Shown one piece after another: positions 9,694-19,514 of a stretch of 64,000 nt of DNA. The stretch is from an uncultured Gemmatimonadaceae bacterium (GTDB lineage Bacteria; Gemmatimonadota; Gemmatimonadetes; Gemmatimonadales; Gemmatimonadaceae): positions 1,856,001-1,920,000 of the forward strand of contig OY970320.1 in the NCBI GenBank assembly GCA_963716745.1, given 5' to 3'. Under the pieces are notes generated by a model, which saw nothing but the letters and a program-made list of their open reading frames with translations, did not search any database and had not been told where the DNA came from. The translations under genes and the position numbers were made by a program. How positions within the stretch are numbered: position 1 is the stretch's first letter; every line of letters begins with the position of its first letter.

Positions 9694-10020
9694 ATGGCTG
9701 CGAAGAGGAAGAAGAAGGCGTCGCGCCCCAAGGCCGGCGGCAAGAAGAAGGGGCGCAAGCCCGCGAAGCGGAAGACGGCGAAGCGCAAGGCGGCGCCGAA
9801 GCGGAAGGTCGCGGCGAAGAAGAAGCCGGCATCCAGGCGCAAGAAGATCGTCGCCAAGCTCGCGCCGACGATGGATCGCATGAAGATGGGCGCCACCGAG
9901 ATGGGTCAGGGCGCGCTCGACGCGGGCCGCATGCTCTTCGGCGAGGCGCGTGATGCCGGCGAGGAAGCGCGCGAGAAAGCGAAGGAGATCACCACCGACT
10001 GGATCAATCGCGTGACGTGA
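9694..10020 (+). CDS. Lys/Arg/Ala-rich histone-H1-like basic protein with acidic C-terminal helix
   Basis: MAAKRKKKASRPKAGGKKKGRKPAKRKTAKRKAAPKRK...; ggag upstream. Confidence 0.7.
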   Translation: MAAKRKKKASRPKAGGKKKGRKPAKRKTAKRKAAPKRKVAAKKKPASRRKKIVAKLAPTMDRMKMGATEMGQGALDAGRMLFGEARDAGEEAREKAKEITTDWINRVT

Positions 10021-10054
10021 TCGGAGACCCGCGCTCAAGTCGAGGAGCATCGCC

Positions 10055-10583
10055 ATGATGAGAATGGATCCTCATCGTACTGGGCGTTCTCGTCTTCGTC
10101 GCGGCGATCGGCTACACCGCGGGCGCGCGCTTGCCGCTGGCTCACTCGGCGTCGGTGCGCGCCCGCTTTGCGGTTCCCCCCGAATCGCTCTACGCCGCGA
10201 TCGTCAATGTCGACGCGTACCCGAAATGGCGCGCCGACGTGAAGAGTGTTACTCGGCTGCCGGATCACAACGGCCACACCGCGTGGAGCGAAACGACGAG
10301 CTCGGGCTCGCTCGCCTACGAGGCCACGCTCGCGGTCCCGCCGAATCGCGTCGTGAACACCATCACGACCAGGGACGCCGGATTCACCGGGCGCTGGATC
10401 TTCCAGATCCTGCCCGACAGCACCGGGAGCACGCTCACGATCACCGAAGAGGGCGCGATCGAGCAGCCGCTCTTCCGCTTCATGCAGCGCTACGTGTTCG
10501 GCATGACGGCATCAATGGAGACATTCCTGCACGCGCTCGGAGGCCGCTTCGGCGAGAGAGTCGCCGTCACGCCGCTGCACTAG
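10055..10583 (+). CDS. SRPBCC/START-like (polyketide cyclase family) protein with N-terminal membrane anchor; one apparent +1 indel near 10063
   Basis: PPESLYAAIVNVDAYPKWRADV...FTGRWIFQI...TLTITEEG; removing one A gives MMRWILIVLGVLVF in frame. Confidence 0.75.
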
Positions 10584-11446
10584 CTGGCGTCCAGCCACTC
10601 TCCGGCGAGCGCCGCGACTCGCGCGCGTTGATAGTCCGCCGCAATGACGTGGCCGGTCCCATCGAGCCACTCGATCCTCTTCTCTTGGGCGCCGAGCATC
10701 GCGAACGCGTGTTCGGCCACAGCCGGCGCGATCCGGTTGTCCTCGCGCGCTTGCACGTACAGCGTCGGCGGCCGCACGGATGGGAGCGCGGCGCGTCCGC
10801 GATCGGCGCACCGAATGAGCTCCGCGGTGAGCCTCGGACTCGTTGCGCCGAAGGCCAGCGAATGGGCGCGCGCATCCGGATCATGGATGGAGCGGTCGTC
10901 CGAGGTGACGACGTAGGGCATCACCGCCTGGAGTACGGGCTCGAGCGGCATCATGCGTCGCACTGATCGCGGTACATCGAAGTACGGAACAAGAAGCACG
11001 AGCGCACGCACGTCGGAGGACTCTTTCGTGAGCAGCGTCGCGAGCACCCCACCAAGCGATTGCCCCACGATCGAGACGCTCGTGCACTTCGCGCGTAGCT
11101 CGTCGAGAGCCGCGCGTGCGCTGGTAAGCCATTGCTCCGCATCACTCTTCGCGAACTCGCGCAGGGTTCGTCCGTGGCCGGCGAGCAACGGCGCGTATAC
11201 AGCGTATCCGCGTGTCTTCAGCGATTGCGCCAGCATCGCCACGCTCTGTGGCGTGTCGCCGAAGCCGTGCAGGATGAGCACGCCCCGGCCGCCGCGGCCC
11301 AGGACGATCGGTTCCGCGCCTTGGATGATCCCATCGGGGCCGACCGGGAGGCGCCGCCGCGACCCGCGCTCGACCATCGACGGATACCCCGCTGCCAGTG
11401 CGCCGAACGCGCTCGCCGCCGCGAGGATCGTGGTGAGGTCACTCAA
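10580..11446 (-). CDS. Alpha/beta hydrolase (carboxylesterase / monoacylglycerol lipase type)
   Basis: LILHGFG, GQSLGG nucleophile elbow, D and GH triad positions; TTG start overlapping the upstream stop. Confidence 0.85.
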   Translation of the reverse strand: MSDLTTILAAASAFGALAAGYPSMVERGSRRRLPVGPDGIIQGAEPIVLGRGGRGVLILHGFGDTPQSVAMLAQSLKTRGYAVYAPLLAGHGRTLREFAKSDAEQWLTSARAALDELRAKCTSVSIVGQSLGGVLATLLTKESSDVRALVLLVPYFDVPRSVRRMMPLEPVLQAVMPYVVTSDDRSIHDPDARAHSLAFGATSPRLTAELIRCADRGRAALPSVRPPTLYVQAREDNRIAPAVAEHAFAMLGAQEKRIEWLDGTGHVIAADYQRARVAALAGEWLDAS

Positions 11447-12621
11447 TAGCGCGGCACCGAAGGATCGATCTCGTCGCTCCACCGGCGGATGCCGCCGGCC
11501 AGATTGCGAACGCGCGCGAATCCGGCCGCACGCAACTGCTCCACCGCCTTCGCACTGCGTGCGCCGGACTTGCAGTACACGACGATGTCGGCCGTGCGAT
11601 CGAGCGATCCCATCGCCGCCTCGAGCGTGCCGAGCGGAATGAGCCGCGCGCCTTCGATGCGCGCGAGCTCCCATTCGCGCGGCTCGCGCACATCGATCAG
11701 CACGGGTCGGGTGCCTCCGGCGATCCGGTCCGCGAGCTCGCGCGGTGTGATCTCCATCGCGGCGTCCGGCGGCGCGATGCCGCAGAAGGCTTCGTAGTCG
11801 ATGAGCGTCTTCAGCGTGCGAGTGCCGCACGCCGGACAGGCCGGATCGCGTTCGAAACGCAGCATGCGGAATTGCATGCGCAGCGCATCCACGAGCAGCA
11901 GCCGGCCCACGAGCGGATCACCCGCACCGAGGATGAGCTTCAGCGTCTCAGTCGCCTGGATCACACCCACGAGACCTGGGAGCACCCCGAGAACGCCGCC
12001 CTCGTCGCAACCCGGCACGGAACCGGGGGGCGGCGGATCGGGAAAGAGACATCGATAGCACGGACCACCCGGTGCGCCGAACACGCTCGCCTGTCCATCG
12101 AAGCGGAACACGCTGCCGTGCACGTTCAGGCGGCCGGCGAGCACGCTCGCGTCATTGACGAGATAACGCGTGGGGAAATTGTCGCTCCCGTCCACGACGA
12201 GATCGTAGCGCGCCACGAGATCGAGCGCGTTCTCCGAAGTGAGCCGCACCGCATGCGCTTCGACGGTCACGTTCGGGTTCAGCGCTGCGATCGTCTCGCG
12301 GGCCGAGTCGATCTTCGAGCGGCCAATGTCCGCGGTGCCGTGCAGCACTTGGCGGTGGAGATTCGTCAGATCTACCGTATCGAACTCCACGAGCCCGAGC
12401 GTACCTACGCCGGCGGCGGCGAGATAGAGCGCGGCGGGTGAGCCCAGGCCGCCGGCGCCGATGAGCAACACGCGCGCCGCCTTGAGACGCCGCTGTCCGT
12501 CCGCGCCCACCTGCGGAAGCAACAGGTGGCGGCTGTATCGCAGCGTCTCCTCGGCCGTGAGTTCGGGCAGCGCGGCGAGGCGGCGTTCCATCGGGTTGGC
12601 GATCGATCCGGCCGGGCTCAT
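11443..12621 (-). CDS. moeB: MoeB/MoeZ-type sulfur-carrier adenylyltransferase with C-terminal rhodanese domain
   Basis: RYSRHLLL, IGAGGLGSP, NLHRQ, CYRC and CPAC Zn motifs, DVREPREW...YCKSGARS; start 12621 or 12591. Confidence 0.92.
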   Translation of the reverse strand: MSPAGSIANPMERRLAALPELTAEETLRYSRHLLLPQVGADGQRRLKAARVLLIGAGGLGSPAALYLAAAGVGTLGLVEFDTVDLTNLHRQVLHGTADIGRSKIDSARETIAALNPNVTVEAHAVRLTSENALDLVARYDLVVDGSDNFPTRYLVNDASVLAGRLNVHGSVFRFDGQASVFGAPGGPCYRCLFPDPPPPGSVPGCDEGGVLGVLPGLVGVIQATETLKLILGAGDPLVGRLLLVDALRMQFRMLRFERDPACPACGTRTLKTLIDYEAFCGIAPPDAAMEITPRELADRIAGGTRPVLIDVREPREWELARIEGARLIPLGTLEAAMGSLDRTADIVVYCKSGARSAKAVEQLRAAGFARVRNLAGGIRRWSDEIDPSVPRY

Positions 12622-12646
12622 GCTGAATAATAGCGCGTGCGGGAAG

Positions 12647-13597
12647 TCACCCCGGCCATTGCCGCGCGGACTCCACCACCGATTGCACTTCGTAGCCGCG
12701 CACGCGCCGGCCGGTGTGGAAGGTCTCCGCCGCGATCCCCTTCTCCTGCCACGCGGTCGCCATCGCCGCCTCCACCGCCGCGGCGTCGTCGGTCCGCGCG
12801 ATCGCGACGAGCGCGGAGCCCGAGCCGCTCAACGTCGCGCCGAACGCGCCGGCGGCCGTCGCGGCGGCGTTCACCGCGTCGTACCCGCGCACGAGCGCGC
12901 GGCGGTGCGGCACGTGCAGCACATCGTCGAGCGCGATGGCGAGGAGCGCCGGCTCCGCGGTCGCGAGTCCGCGCACGAGCGCCGCGCTCCGCGCGGCCGC
13001 CTGCACCGCCGTCACGTGCGGCACGACGTTCGGGAGCGCGGCGCGTGCGCGTTTGGTCTCGACGGTGAAGTCCGGCACCGCGAAGATGAACACGAGCGAT
13101 GGATGCACCTCCAGCGGCGTCACTACGAATGGCTCGCCCGCGAGCGCGAGCACCGCACCGCCGTACACCGACGGCGCCACGTTGTCGGGGTGTCCGTCGA
13201 GCGTCGCGCAGATGCCGGCGAGTGAACGCGCATCCAATCGCAGTGCGAGCATCGCATTGGCGAGGGTGGCGCCCGCCACCAGCGCCGCCGCGGAAGAACC
13301 GATCCCGCGTTCCACCGGGATCTCGGAGGTCCCCTCGAACACGAGGCCGGATGGGACGGGCGTTCCCGCCGCGGTGCACGCGGCGCGGAAACCGGTGAAC
13401 ACGAGATCGCGCTCGGGGCGCACCGCCGACAGCACCTCGAGCGTGCCGTGCCGCACCATGCGCGGCGTGGAATTCCCCAATGCATCGCGGCGCACGGTCA
13501 CCGTCAGCCAGCGGTCGACCGCCATCCCGACGCAGTCGAACCCCGCACCCAGGTTCGACGTCGAGCCCGGGACTTTCACCACGACCGACTCGATCAC
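12647..13597 (-). CDS. thrB: Homoserine kinase (GHMP family)
   Basis: VPGSTSNLGAGFDCVG, PVERGIGSSAAA, GHPDNVAP, LSGSGS. Confidence 0.92.
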   Translation of the reverse strand: MIESVVVKVPGSTSNLGAGFDCVGMAVDRWLTVTVRRDALGNSTPRMVRHGTLEVLSAVRPERDLVFTGFRAACTAAGTPVPSGLVFEGTSEIPVERGIGSSAAALVAGATLANAMLALRLDARSLAGICATLDGHPDNVAPSVYGGAVLALAGEPFVVTPLEVHPSLVFIFAVPDFTVETKRARAALPNVVPHVTAVQAAARSAALVRGLATAEPALLAIALDDVLHVPHRRALVRGYDAVNAAATAAGAFGATLSGSGSALVAIARTDDAAAVEAAMATAWQEKGIAAETFHTGRRVRGYEVQSVVESARQWPG

Positions 13598-13746
13598 AGC
13601 ACCCGCTCCGTTGGGGAACCGGCTGGCCGCCGGCCCATGACGATAGCGCCGGCGAGCGGCCGAAGGGAAGACGTCGCGACTGCCGCTGGCATCGCGACCC
13701 CGGATGTGCCAATTTTCGCTGTGCCCCTGCGGACCACCAACCACTA

Positions 13747-15054
13747 ATGCCGCGCGGCGCCCCTCAGTCGCAGACGGTACCGTCCGTCATCATCCTCGGC
13801 GCCGACGCCGTCTTCGCCGCTCTTCCCGCCACTCCGGTCCAGCTCGCGCACGCGTGTCAGCGTCTCGGGTATGCCTCGGCGTTCCCCGCGAGCTGGGGCG
13901 ACGAGCTCGTCGCCGGCGCATGTCTGAGCGAGCTCGCCGACCGCAACGCGGACCCGGCGATCCTCTGTTCGTGCCCGCTCGTGCGCGAGCGTTTGCTGCG
14001 GGCCGGCGACGATCTCGCCCCCTGGATGATCTCGCTCGTCGCGCCGCCCGTCGCGGTCGCGCGATATCTGCGGTCGGCGTACGGCGCGCGGATGCTGCAC
14101 ATCACGTATGCCGGCTCGTGCCCCGGCGCGGGCGATGCGTCGATCGATGAACGGATCTCCCCGGCGGACTTGTTGGCGCTGTGCCGCGAGCGCGGTGTGA
14201 GTCCCGCGGCGCAGCCGCAGTTCTTCGAGAGCATCCTGCCGCCCGATCGCCGCCGCTCGCTCTCGATGCCCGGTGGATCGCCGAGCGATGAGGCGCTGCG
14301 CGATCGCGCGGGCGGCCGCGTGCTCGCTGAACTCTCCGCTGACGATCCGATGGCGGAGCTCGCCGACCGCATGATGTCGCGCGCGCAGTTGCTCGTCGAT
14401 CTCGCGCCGCACGTCGGCTGCGCGTGCAGCGGCGTCGGTGCGGCGGTGGGCGGCCGTGACGAACGCCGTCAGTTGATCGTGCTCGAACCGCCGCGTTCGC
14501 GCGATCCGGTGGTCGATCTCACCGTTGATCTCGATCTGCTCGTGCCGGTGCCGCGGGAGTCGCCGCCCCCGGTGCCGCGCGCCGCGCGCGGCGTCGCGAG
14601 CGTGGAGATGCCGCCGCGGCTCCGTCGAGTCGCGAGCATTCCCACTCCGCCCTTCTTGGCGGCGCTGCCGGATCTCGGCCACGCGATCATCCGCGAGTAT
14701 CCGCACGGCGACACGCCGCGCCGCACCGTGATCGTATTGCGCCGCCGCGGTGCGAGCGAGACGCCGGCCGCTTCGTTGGCGGGAGTCAGCATGCCGCGCG
14801 CCTATCTCGGGAAGCGCCCGAAGCCGCAACCTGTGCGACGCCCAGTGCGCGTGCTTCCGGGCGACGGTCGCAATTCGCAGTCCGATCGCGAGCGTCCGAT
14901 GGATCGCTCGGACGATCTCGCCGATGGCCCGAGGCTTCGCACGTCGCCGGGAGAAGGGATCTTCTCGATCGTCGCGGATCCTCGCGATCCGCTCCCGCCT
15001 GCGCCATCCAAGCGCCGGCCGGGCGGCCCGATCGACAGCGGCGCCAGCATCTAG
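13747..15054 (+). CDS. [FeFe]-hydrogenase large-subunit-like (Nar1-like) domain protein with Pro/Arg-rich tail
   Basis: Motifs ILCSCP, YAGSCP and VDLAPHVGCAC in the order and spacing of H-cluster motifs L1/L2/L3; low-complexity C-terminal half. Confidence 0.6.
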   Translation: MPRGAPQSQTVPSVIILGADAVFAALPATPVQLAHACQRLGYASAFPASWGDELVAGACLSELADRNADPAILCSCPLVRERLLRAGDDLAPWMISLVAPPVAVARYLRSAYGARMLHITYAGSCPGAGDASIDERISPADLLALCRERGVSPAAQPQFFESILPPDRRRSLSMPGGSPSDEALRDRAGGRVLAELSADDPMAELADRMMSRAQLLVDLAPHVGCACSGVGAAVGGRDERRQLIVLEPPRSRDPVVDLTVDLDLLVPVPRESPPPVPRAARGVASVEMPPRLRRVASIPTPPFLAALPDLGHAIIREYPHGDTPRRTVIVLRRRGASETPAASLAGVSMPRAYLGKRPKPQPVRRPVRVLPGDGRNSQSDRERPMDRSDDLADGPRLRTSPGEGIFSIVADPRDPLPPAPSKRRPGGPIDSGASI

Positions 15055-15065
15055 CGACGCGCGCG

Positions 15066-15095
15066 CCGGGTGGAGCGCCGAAGCGCTCCACCCGG
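15066..15095. terminator. Stem-loop between convergent genes
   Basis: 13-bp perfect stem ccgggtggagcgc-cgaa-gcgctccacccgg followed by ttctcttattt. Confidence 0.7.
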
Positions 15096-15100
15096 TTCTC

Positions 15101-17209
15101 TTATTTCAATGCCGCGGTCGCCTCGTTCACCGCCTGCGCGGCCGCATCGAAGCGCGACGCGAGATCGGCGATCTCCCGCATCGTGAGCGCCTTGTCGCCA
15201 GTGCGCATCGCTTCGCCCACTGAGGGGAAGACCATGTCGGCGTATCCGTTGTCCTCGTCCGCAGCATAGATGAGGTTGCGGAACCATGGACGCGTGCGAA
15301 GACCTTCGGGCCGCAGCAGGGCACGCTCGACTCTCATGAGCGCCGCATTCGTCTTGGCGGCCATCTCCTTGGACACGGGACCGCGCGCCAGCTGCCCATC
15401 CCGGGCCGCCGCGAACGCTGTTGCCGCCGCGCCGAGCCGCGCGATCAATGCACTGAGCGCGGTGTCGCCCTGGTACCAGCCCTTCTTCTTCAGGGCGCTG
15501 TCCATGGGCGGCAGGTATTTCTTCATCGTGCTCGCGTACTCCTGGTAGTCGTACGGCAGGATCTCCGCGTTCGCGAGCCGCCACATCATCATCGCGCCGA
15601 CCTTGGCCGCCGCGGCGTGGTACTGGTACGACGTGTCCCCGAACGTCGCCATCCAGTGGTACGAGTCGTATAGCGAGTGATACACGCCGCCCGCGCCGCC
15701 GAATCCCCACTCCGCCATCGGGACACCGATGTGATTGTAGAATCCGGCGTAATCCGATCCGCCGCCCGGATCGCCCATCGGCGGCTGCGCGCTGTCCGCG
15801 ACGCGCGCCTGCTTGCGCCACACTTCGTAGACCGTGCCTTTCCCGCTCGGGTCCTGGATGTGCGCCATCACATCGCGGATCATCGGACGCAGCGATGGCG
15901 ACCCGCCGCCGCCGATGCGCGGGCCGGACGCCGGAGAGTCCTGATTGAGATACGCGATGCCGCCGCGGATCAGCCGGAGTGAATCCTCCTCGACGTATTC
16001 CGTGGAACCGAGCAGCCCCCACTCTTCAGCGTCCCAGGTCGCGAAGATCATCGTGCGCTTCGGCTTCCGCCCGGCTTTCACTTCCGCCATCACAGCGCGT
16101 GCCGACTCCAGCACGCTCACCGTGCCGCTCACGTTGTCGTTCGCGCCAGGACCCCACGCATCGCGGTGCCCGCCGACCATCACGATCTGGTCGGGCAACT
16201 CCGTGCCGCGCACGATGCCGAACGTGTCCCAGATCTTCTTATACGCCGCCGTCGCGCTGTCCGAGTGCACGATCATGTGCGCGGCCACGGGGCCGGGGCC
16301 GGCGTGATAACGGAACGCCAGGCCGCCCTGCCAGCCCTGAGGAATGCTCGCACCTTTGAGTCCGCGCAGCAGCTGCGTCGCGTTTCCATAGGACATCGGG
16401 ATCACGGGGATGTGCGGCACCGCCATCTTGTCGAGCGCGATGCGCTGTGCGCCGGCCTTGCTTGCGTAGCCCGGCGTGCTCGGATCGCCGTCATCGTTCA
16501 TCACACTGCCGCGCTGCACGCCCTGCGACGGCCGCATCGGTCCCGCGGGATACACATCGCCGCGCGCGAAGCCATCGTCGGCCGGATCGCTGTAGATGAT
16601 GAGCCCGAGCGCGCCGCGTTTCTCGGCCTCGCGCGCCTTGATGCCGCGATAGGAACGGCCGTAGCGCGCGATCGCGATCTTCCCCTTCACCGACACGCCC
16701 ATCGAATCGAGCTGCGCGTAGTCCTCGATGAGCCCGTAGTTCACGTACACGACCTGCCCGCTCACGTCGCCCGTGCCGCTGTATCCGTTCGCGATCACCG
16801 CTTCCGTCTCGTTCCACGACGTCGTGTCCTGCGGCACCGGACCTTCGGCGAGGTTCAGCGCGACCGTATCGGGCGAGATGCGCCACACCTGGATCGTCGT
16901 GGTGTGCGGCATCCACACCACGTACTCGCGCACTTCCGTCTCCATGCCCCACGATTTCATGGCGGCGATCACATAGTCGCGCGTCCACGCCTGCGCCGGC
17001 GTGCCGGCGATGTGTATCTGATGGGACAACGCGCGCGATTCCGCGCGAGCGGTGTCGGCCGACATGCGCGCCGCGGTGTTCGCCTCGAGCGTGCGCTCCG
17101 ACGCGGATGCGGCGGCGCCGTAGCCAGGCAGCGACGGTTCTTGCGCAGAGATGGCGAACGCCGGCAGCAGGAGGGCGAACGCGGCGACACGAACGGAATC
17201 TCGGATCAT
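15101..17209 (-). CDS. M28 glutamate carboxypeptidase II / transferrin-receptor-like peptidase, secreted
   Basis: PA domain (YVNYG, ARYG, YSDP), GGHRDAW, DNVSG, WDAEEWGLLGS, YHSLYD, TfR dimer-like C-terminus. Confidence 0.9.
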   Translation of the reverse strand: MIRDSVRVAAFALLLPAFAISAQEPSLPGYGAAASASERTLEANTAARMSADTARAESRALSHQIHIAGTPAQAWTRDYVIAAMKSWGMETEVREYVVWMPHTTTIQVWRISPDTVALNLAEGPVPQDTTSWNETEAVIANGYSGTGDVSGQVVYVNYGLIEDYAQLDSMGVSVKGKIAIARYGRSYRGIKAREAEKRGALGLIIYSDPADDGFARGDVYPAGPMRPSQGVQRGSVMNDDGDPSTPGYASKAGAQRIALDKMAVPHIPVIPMSYGNATQLLRGLKGASIPQGWQGGLAFRYHAGPGPVAAHMIVHSDSATAAYKKIWDTFGIVRGTELPDQIVMVGGHRDAWGPGANDNVSGTVSVLESARAVMAEVKAGRKPKRTMIFATWDAEEWGLLGSTEYVEEDSLRLIRGGIAYLNQDSPASGPRIGGGGSPSLRPMIRDVMAHIQDPSGKGTVYEVWRKQARVADSAQPPMGDPGGGSDYAGFYNHIGVPMAEWGFGGAGGVYHSLYDSYHWMATFGDTSYQYHAAAAKVGAMMMWRLANAEILPYDYQEYASTMKKYLPPMDSALKKKGWYQGDTALSALIARLGAAATAFAAARDGQLARGPVSKEMAAKTNAALMRVERALLRPEGLRTRPWFRNLIYAADEDNGYADMVFPSVGEAMRTGDKALTMREIADLASRFDAAAQAVNEATAALK

Positions 17210-17255
17210 TCGACGGGGGGCTGGAAGTGTGTCGTGCAGGAGGATCGCGATCGGT

Positions 17256-17876
17256 TCACTTGTCATCATACTCGAGCAGCAGCGCCTGGAGTGCCGCGCG
17301 AAGGCGGTTCTCGCGCTCGGGCCCTTCAGGAATGCCCGCCGCGATGAGGGAGAATTGCTCCACCATCTCGCGTTCCACGAAGCGCGCGGTGTCCTGCGCG
17401 CCGAGATGTTCGAGCGCGCGCTGCGCCACGCGTCGTAGCAGCGCGCGGGTGGACGGATCGAGCGCGCGCAGGTTCTCTGGATCCGCCGCCGGTGGTGGGA
17501 GCTCGGGCTCGCGACGGCGCCGCCCGGCCTCTCGCAGCGCGCTGAGCGGCGCCGGCGTGACCACGAAGGAACCGGGCGTATGCTCCTTCACCGCGGAGAT
17601 CACGCCGCGGCGGCGCAGCGACGCGAACAGTCGCACGACCGCCTCGCGCACCACCGCGATGCCGCCGTCGCTCTGGTTGCCGCGACCTGTGATGATGAGG
17701 AGCTCGCCGGCGCGGCTCGCCTGGCGCTCGCGGATCCACGACTCGGCGCGCCCGACCGCTTCGCGCGCGGTCGGGAGCGTGTTCCGCAGATTGAGCGTCT
17801 TCGCCGGGCCGAATCGCGCCTCGTCGAACGCGCTGTGCAGCGCTTGTGGGCCGGAGATGCGCGCCACGATCATCAC
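17256..17876 (-). CDS. Stand-alone Smr-domain protein with C-terminal helical extension
   Basis: TLNLR...AREAV...LLIITGRGNQS.GG...GSFVV. Confidence 0.7.
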   Translation of the reverse strand: MMIVARISGPQALHSAFDEARFGPAKTLNLRNTLPTAREAVGRAESWIRERQASRAGELLIITGRGNQSDGGIAVVREAVVRLFASLRRRGVISAVKEHTPGSFVVTPAPLSALREAGRRRREPELPPPAADPENLRALDPSTRALLRRVAQRALEHLGAQDTARFVEREMVEQFSLIAAGIPEGPERENRLRAALQALLLEYDDK

Positions 17877-17880
17877 GCCA

Positions 17881-19479
17881 TCACTTCAGCGCGTTCCAGA
17901 GGATCGTCCCGTCGACATGTTCGGTCGGCAACGTCGCGGTCACCCACGCCAGCGTCGGCGCCAGGTCCTCGGCGAGCACCGGCATCGTGTAGCGGCCGGC
18001 CTTGAACGGCGCACCCCACATCACGACCGGTACGTTGTTGTCGTAGTCGTAGGGCGAACCGTGAATGCCCGGCGCGTAGGTGCCCCACACCGAGAACTCC
18101 TTGAGCGTCACCACCAATTCCACCGGGAAATCGGCCGGTAAGGTGTGGTACCACCGACGAGCGATCGGATCCTTCAACGTGTCCTTCGCGAGATCGGCCA
18201 CGCGCATCACGCTCGCCACACCGGGCGTCGCCCGCACTTGCGCGGCGAACGCGTTCACGAGCGAATCCACGTTCACGTGCGCGCGGAGGAGCGGCTCACG
18301 ATTCACGAACAGCATCGCATCCTCGAACCAGAAGTCGGTCGAGTCACCGCCCAGCGCAGACACCGCCGCCTGGAATCGCTGCCCGATCGCGGCGAGGTTG
18401 AGCCGCTGCGCCGGCTTGTGCGTCCGGGCCGCGTACTCCTCGGGGAGCGGGGCGACGCCGTGGTCGGCAATGAGCGAGATGACGACGTGCGTCGAATCGC
18501 GCACCGCGAACACCGAATCGAAGAACGCGCCGAGTTCACGGTCGAGCCGAAGGATCTGGTCGTGCATCTCCCGCGAATCGGGGCCGTAGCGGTGACCGAT
18601 CGCGTCCGTCGTGGAAAGTGAGATCGCCAGCACATCGGTGGCGTCGCCCGCGCCAATGTTCATCGCTTTCATTCCGGCGAGCGCCACCTGCAGCGTCACC
18701 GCGTCCATGAACGGCGAATCCGCGAAGCTTCGCAGCGCCGTGGCCGTGTCCTTCGAGAGCGGGTGCGGGAACATGAAATCGGTTCCGAAGTTCTCCCACA
18801 CCACGCTGTCCTTCTCGGGATAGGCGCTGTCGGGCAGCAGCAGCGTCCACACGCTGCCGGCGTAGCTCGCGGGGATGCGTCTCGCATTGAACGTTCGGAT
18901 CCAGGTTGGCAGCGTGTCGGCGTAGTACGTGCTCGTCGAGAAGTTGCCGCTCGCCGGATCGTACCAGAACGCGCTCTGGTGCGTGCGGCCCAGCGGGAAG
19001 ATCGCGCCGCGATCCTTCCGCGAGACCGAGAGCGCGCGCGTCCGCGGGTCCTTGATCCGGAGCCACTCGGTGAGTCCGCCGCCGCGGAACCGGAACGGCG
19101 ATGCGAACATGGTGGTGCTTCCGATCACGGGCGCCTGGGGATCGAACGCACCCAGTGAGTTGCTCACGATGCCCGTGCTGCGCGGGAATCGCCCCGACAT
19201 CCCCACCGAGTGCCCGGGCGCGGTCTCGGTCGCTTCGTAGTCGAGCATCGCGTTCGTGAAGAACGCGCCGTTCTTCGCGAGACGGCCGAGCCCGCCGGTC
19301 AACTGCGGCCCGAAGCGCGTCAGATAGTCGGCGCGCATCTGGTCCACGGTGAGGAAGATCACGAGCGTCGGCACCTGCTTCTTCGGCGGCAGCGGGCGCG
19401 CCGCGGGGTGCGCGGCGGCCTGCGCCGCGAGCGACGCAGCGCCAGTGAGGCTGAGCAAGGCGATCGAGAGACGGCGCAT
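17881..19479 (-). CDS. Alkaline phosphatase superfamily (PafA/NPP type), secreted
   Basis: VDQMRADYL, TETAPGH, SRKDRGA, TDAIGHRYGP, ADHG, IHGSPYDYD. Confidence 0.9.
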   Translation of the reverse strand: MRRLSIALLSLTGAASLAAQAAAHPAARPLPPKKQVPTLVIFLTVDQMRADYLTRFGPQLTGGLGRLAKNGAFFTNAMLDYEATETAPGHSVGMSGRFPRSTGIVSNSLGAFDPQAPVIGSTTMFASPFRFRGGGLTEWLRIKDPRTRALSVSRKDRGAIFPLGRTHQSAFWYDPASGNFSTSTYYADTLPTWIRTFNARRIPASYAGSVWTLLLPDSAYPEKDSVVWENFGTDFMFPHPLSKDTATALRSFADSPFMDAVTLQVALAGMKAMNIGAGDATDVLAISLSTTDAIGHRYGPDSREMHDQILRLDRELGAFFDSVFAVRDSTHVVISLIADHGVAPLPEEYAARTHKPAQRLNLAAIGQRFQAAVSALGGDSTDFWFEDAMLFVNREPLLRAHVNVDSLVNAFAAQVRATPGVASVMRVADLAKDTLKDPIARRWYHTLPADFPVELVVTLKEFSVWGTYAPGIHGSPYDYDNNVPVVMWGAPFKAGRYTMPVLAEDLAPTLAWVTATLPTEHVDGTILWNALK

Positions 19480-19514
19480 GGGAATATCCGGAAGAAGTCG
19501 CTGTGTCATTCGCA

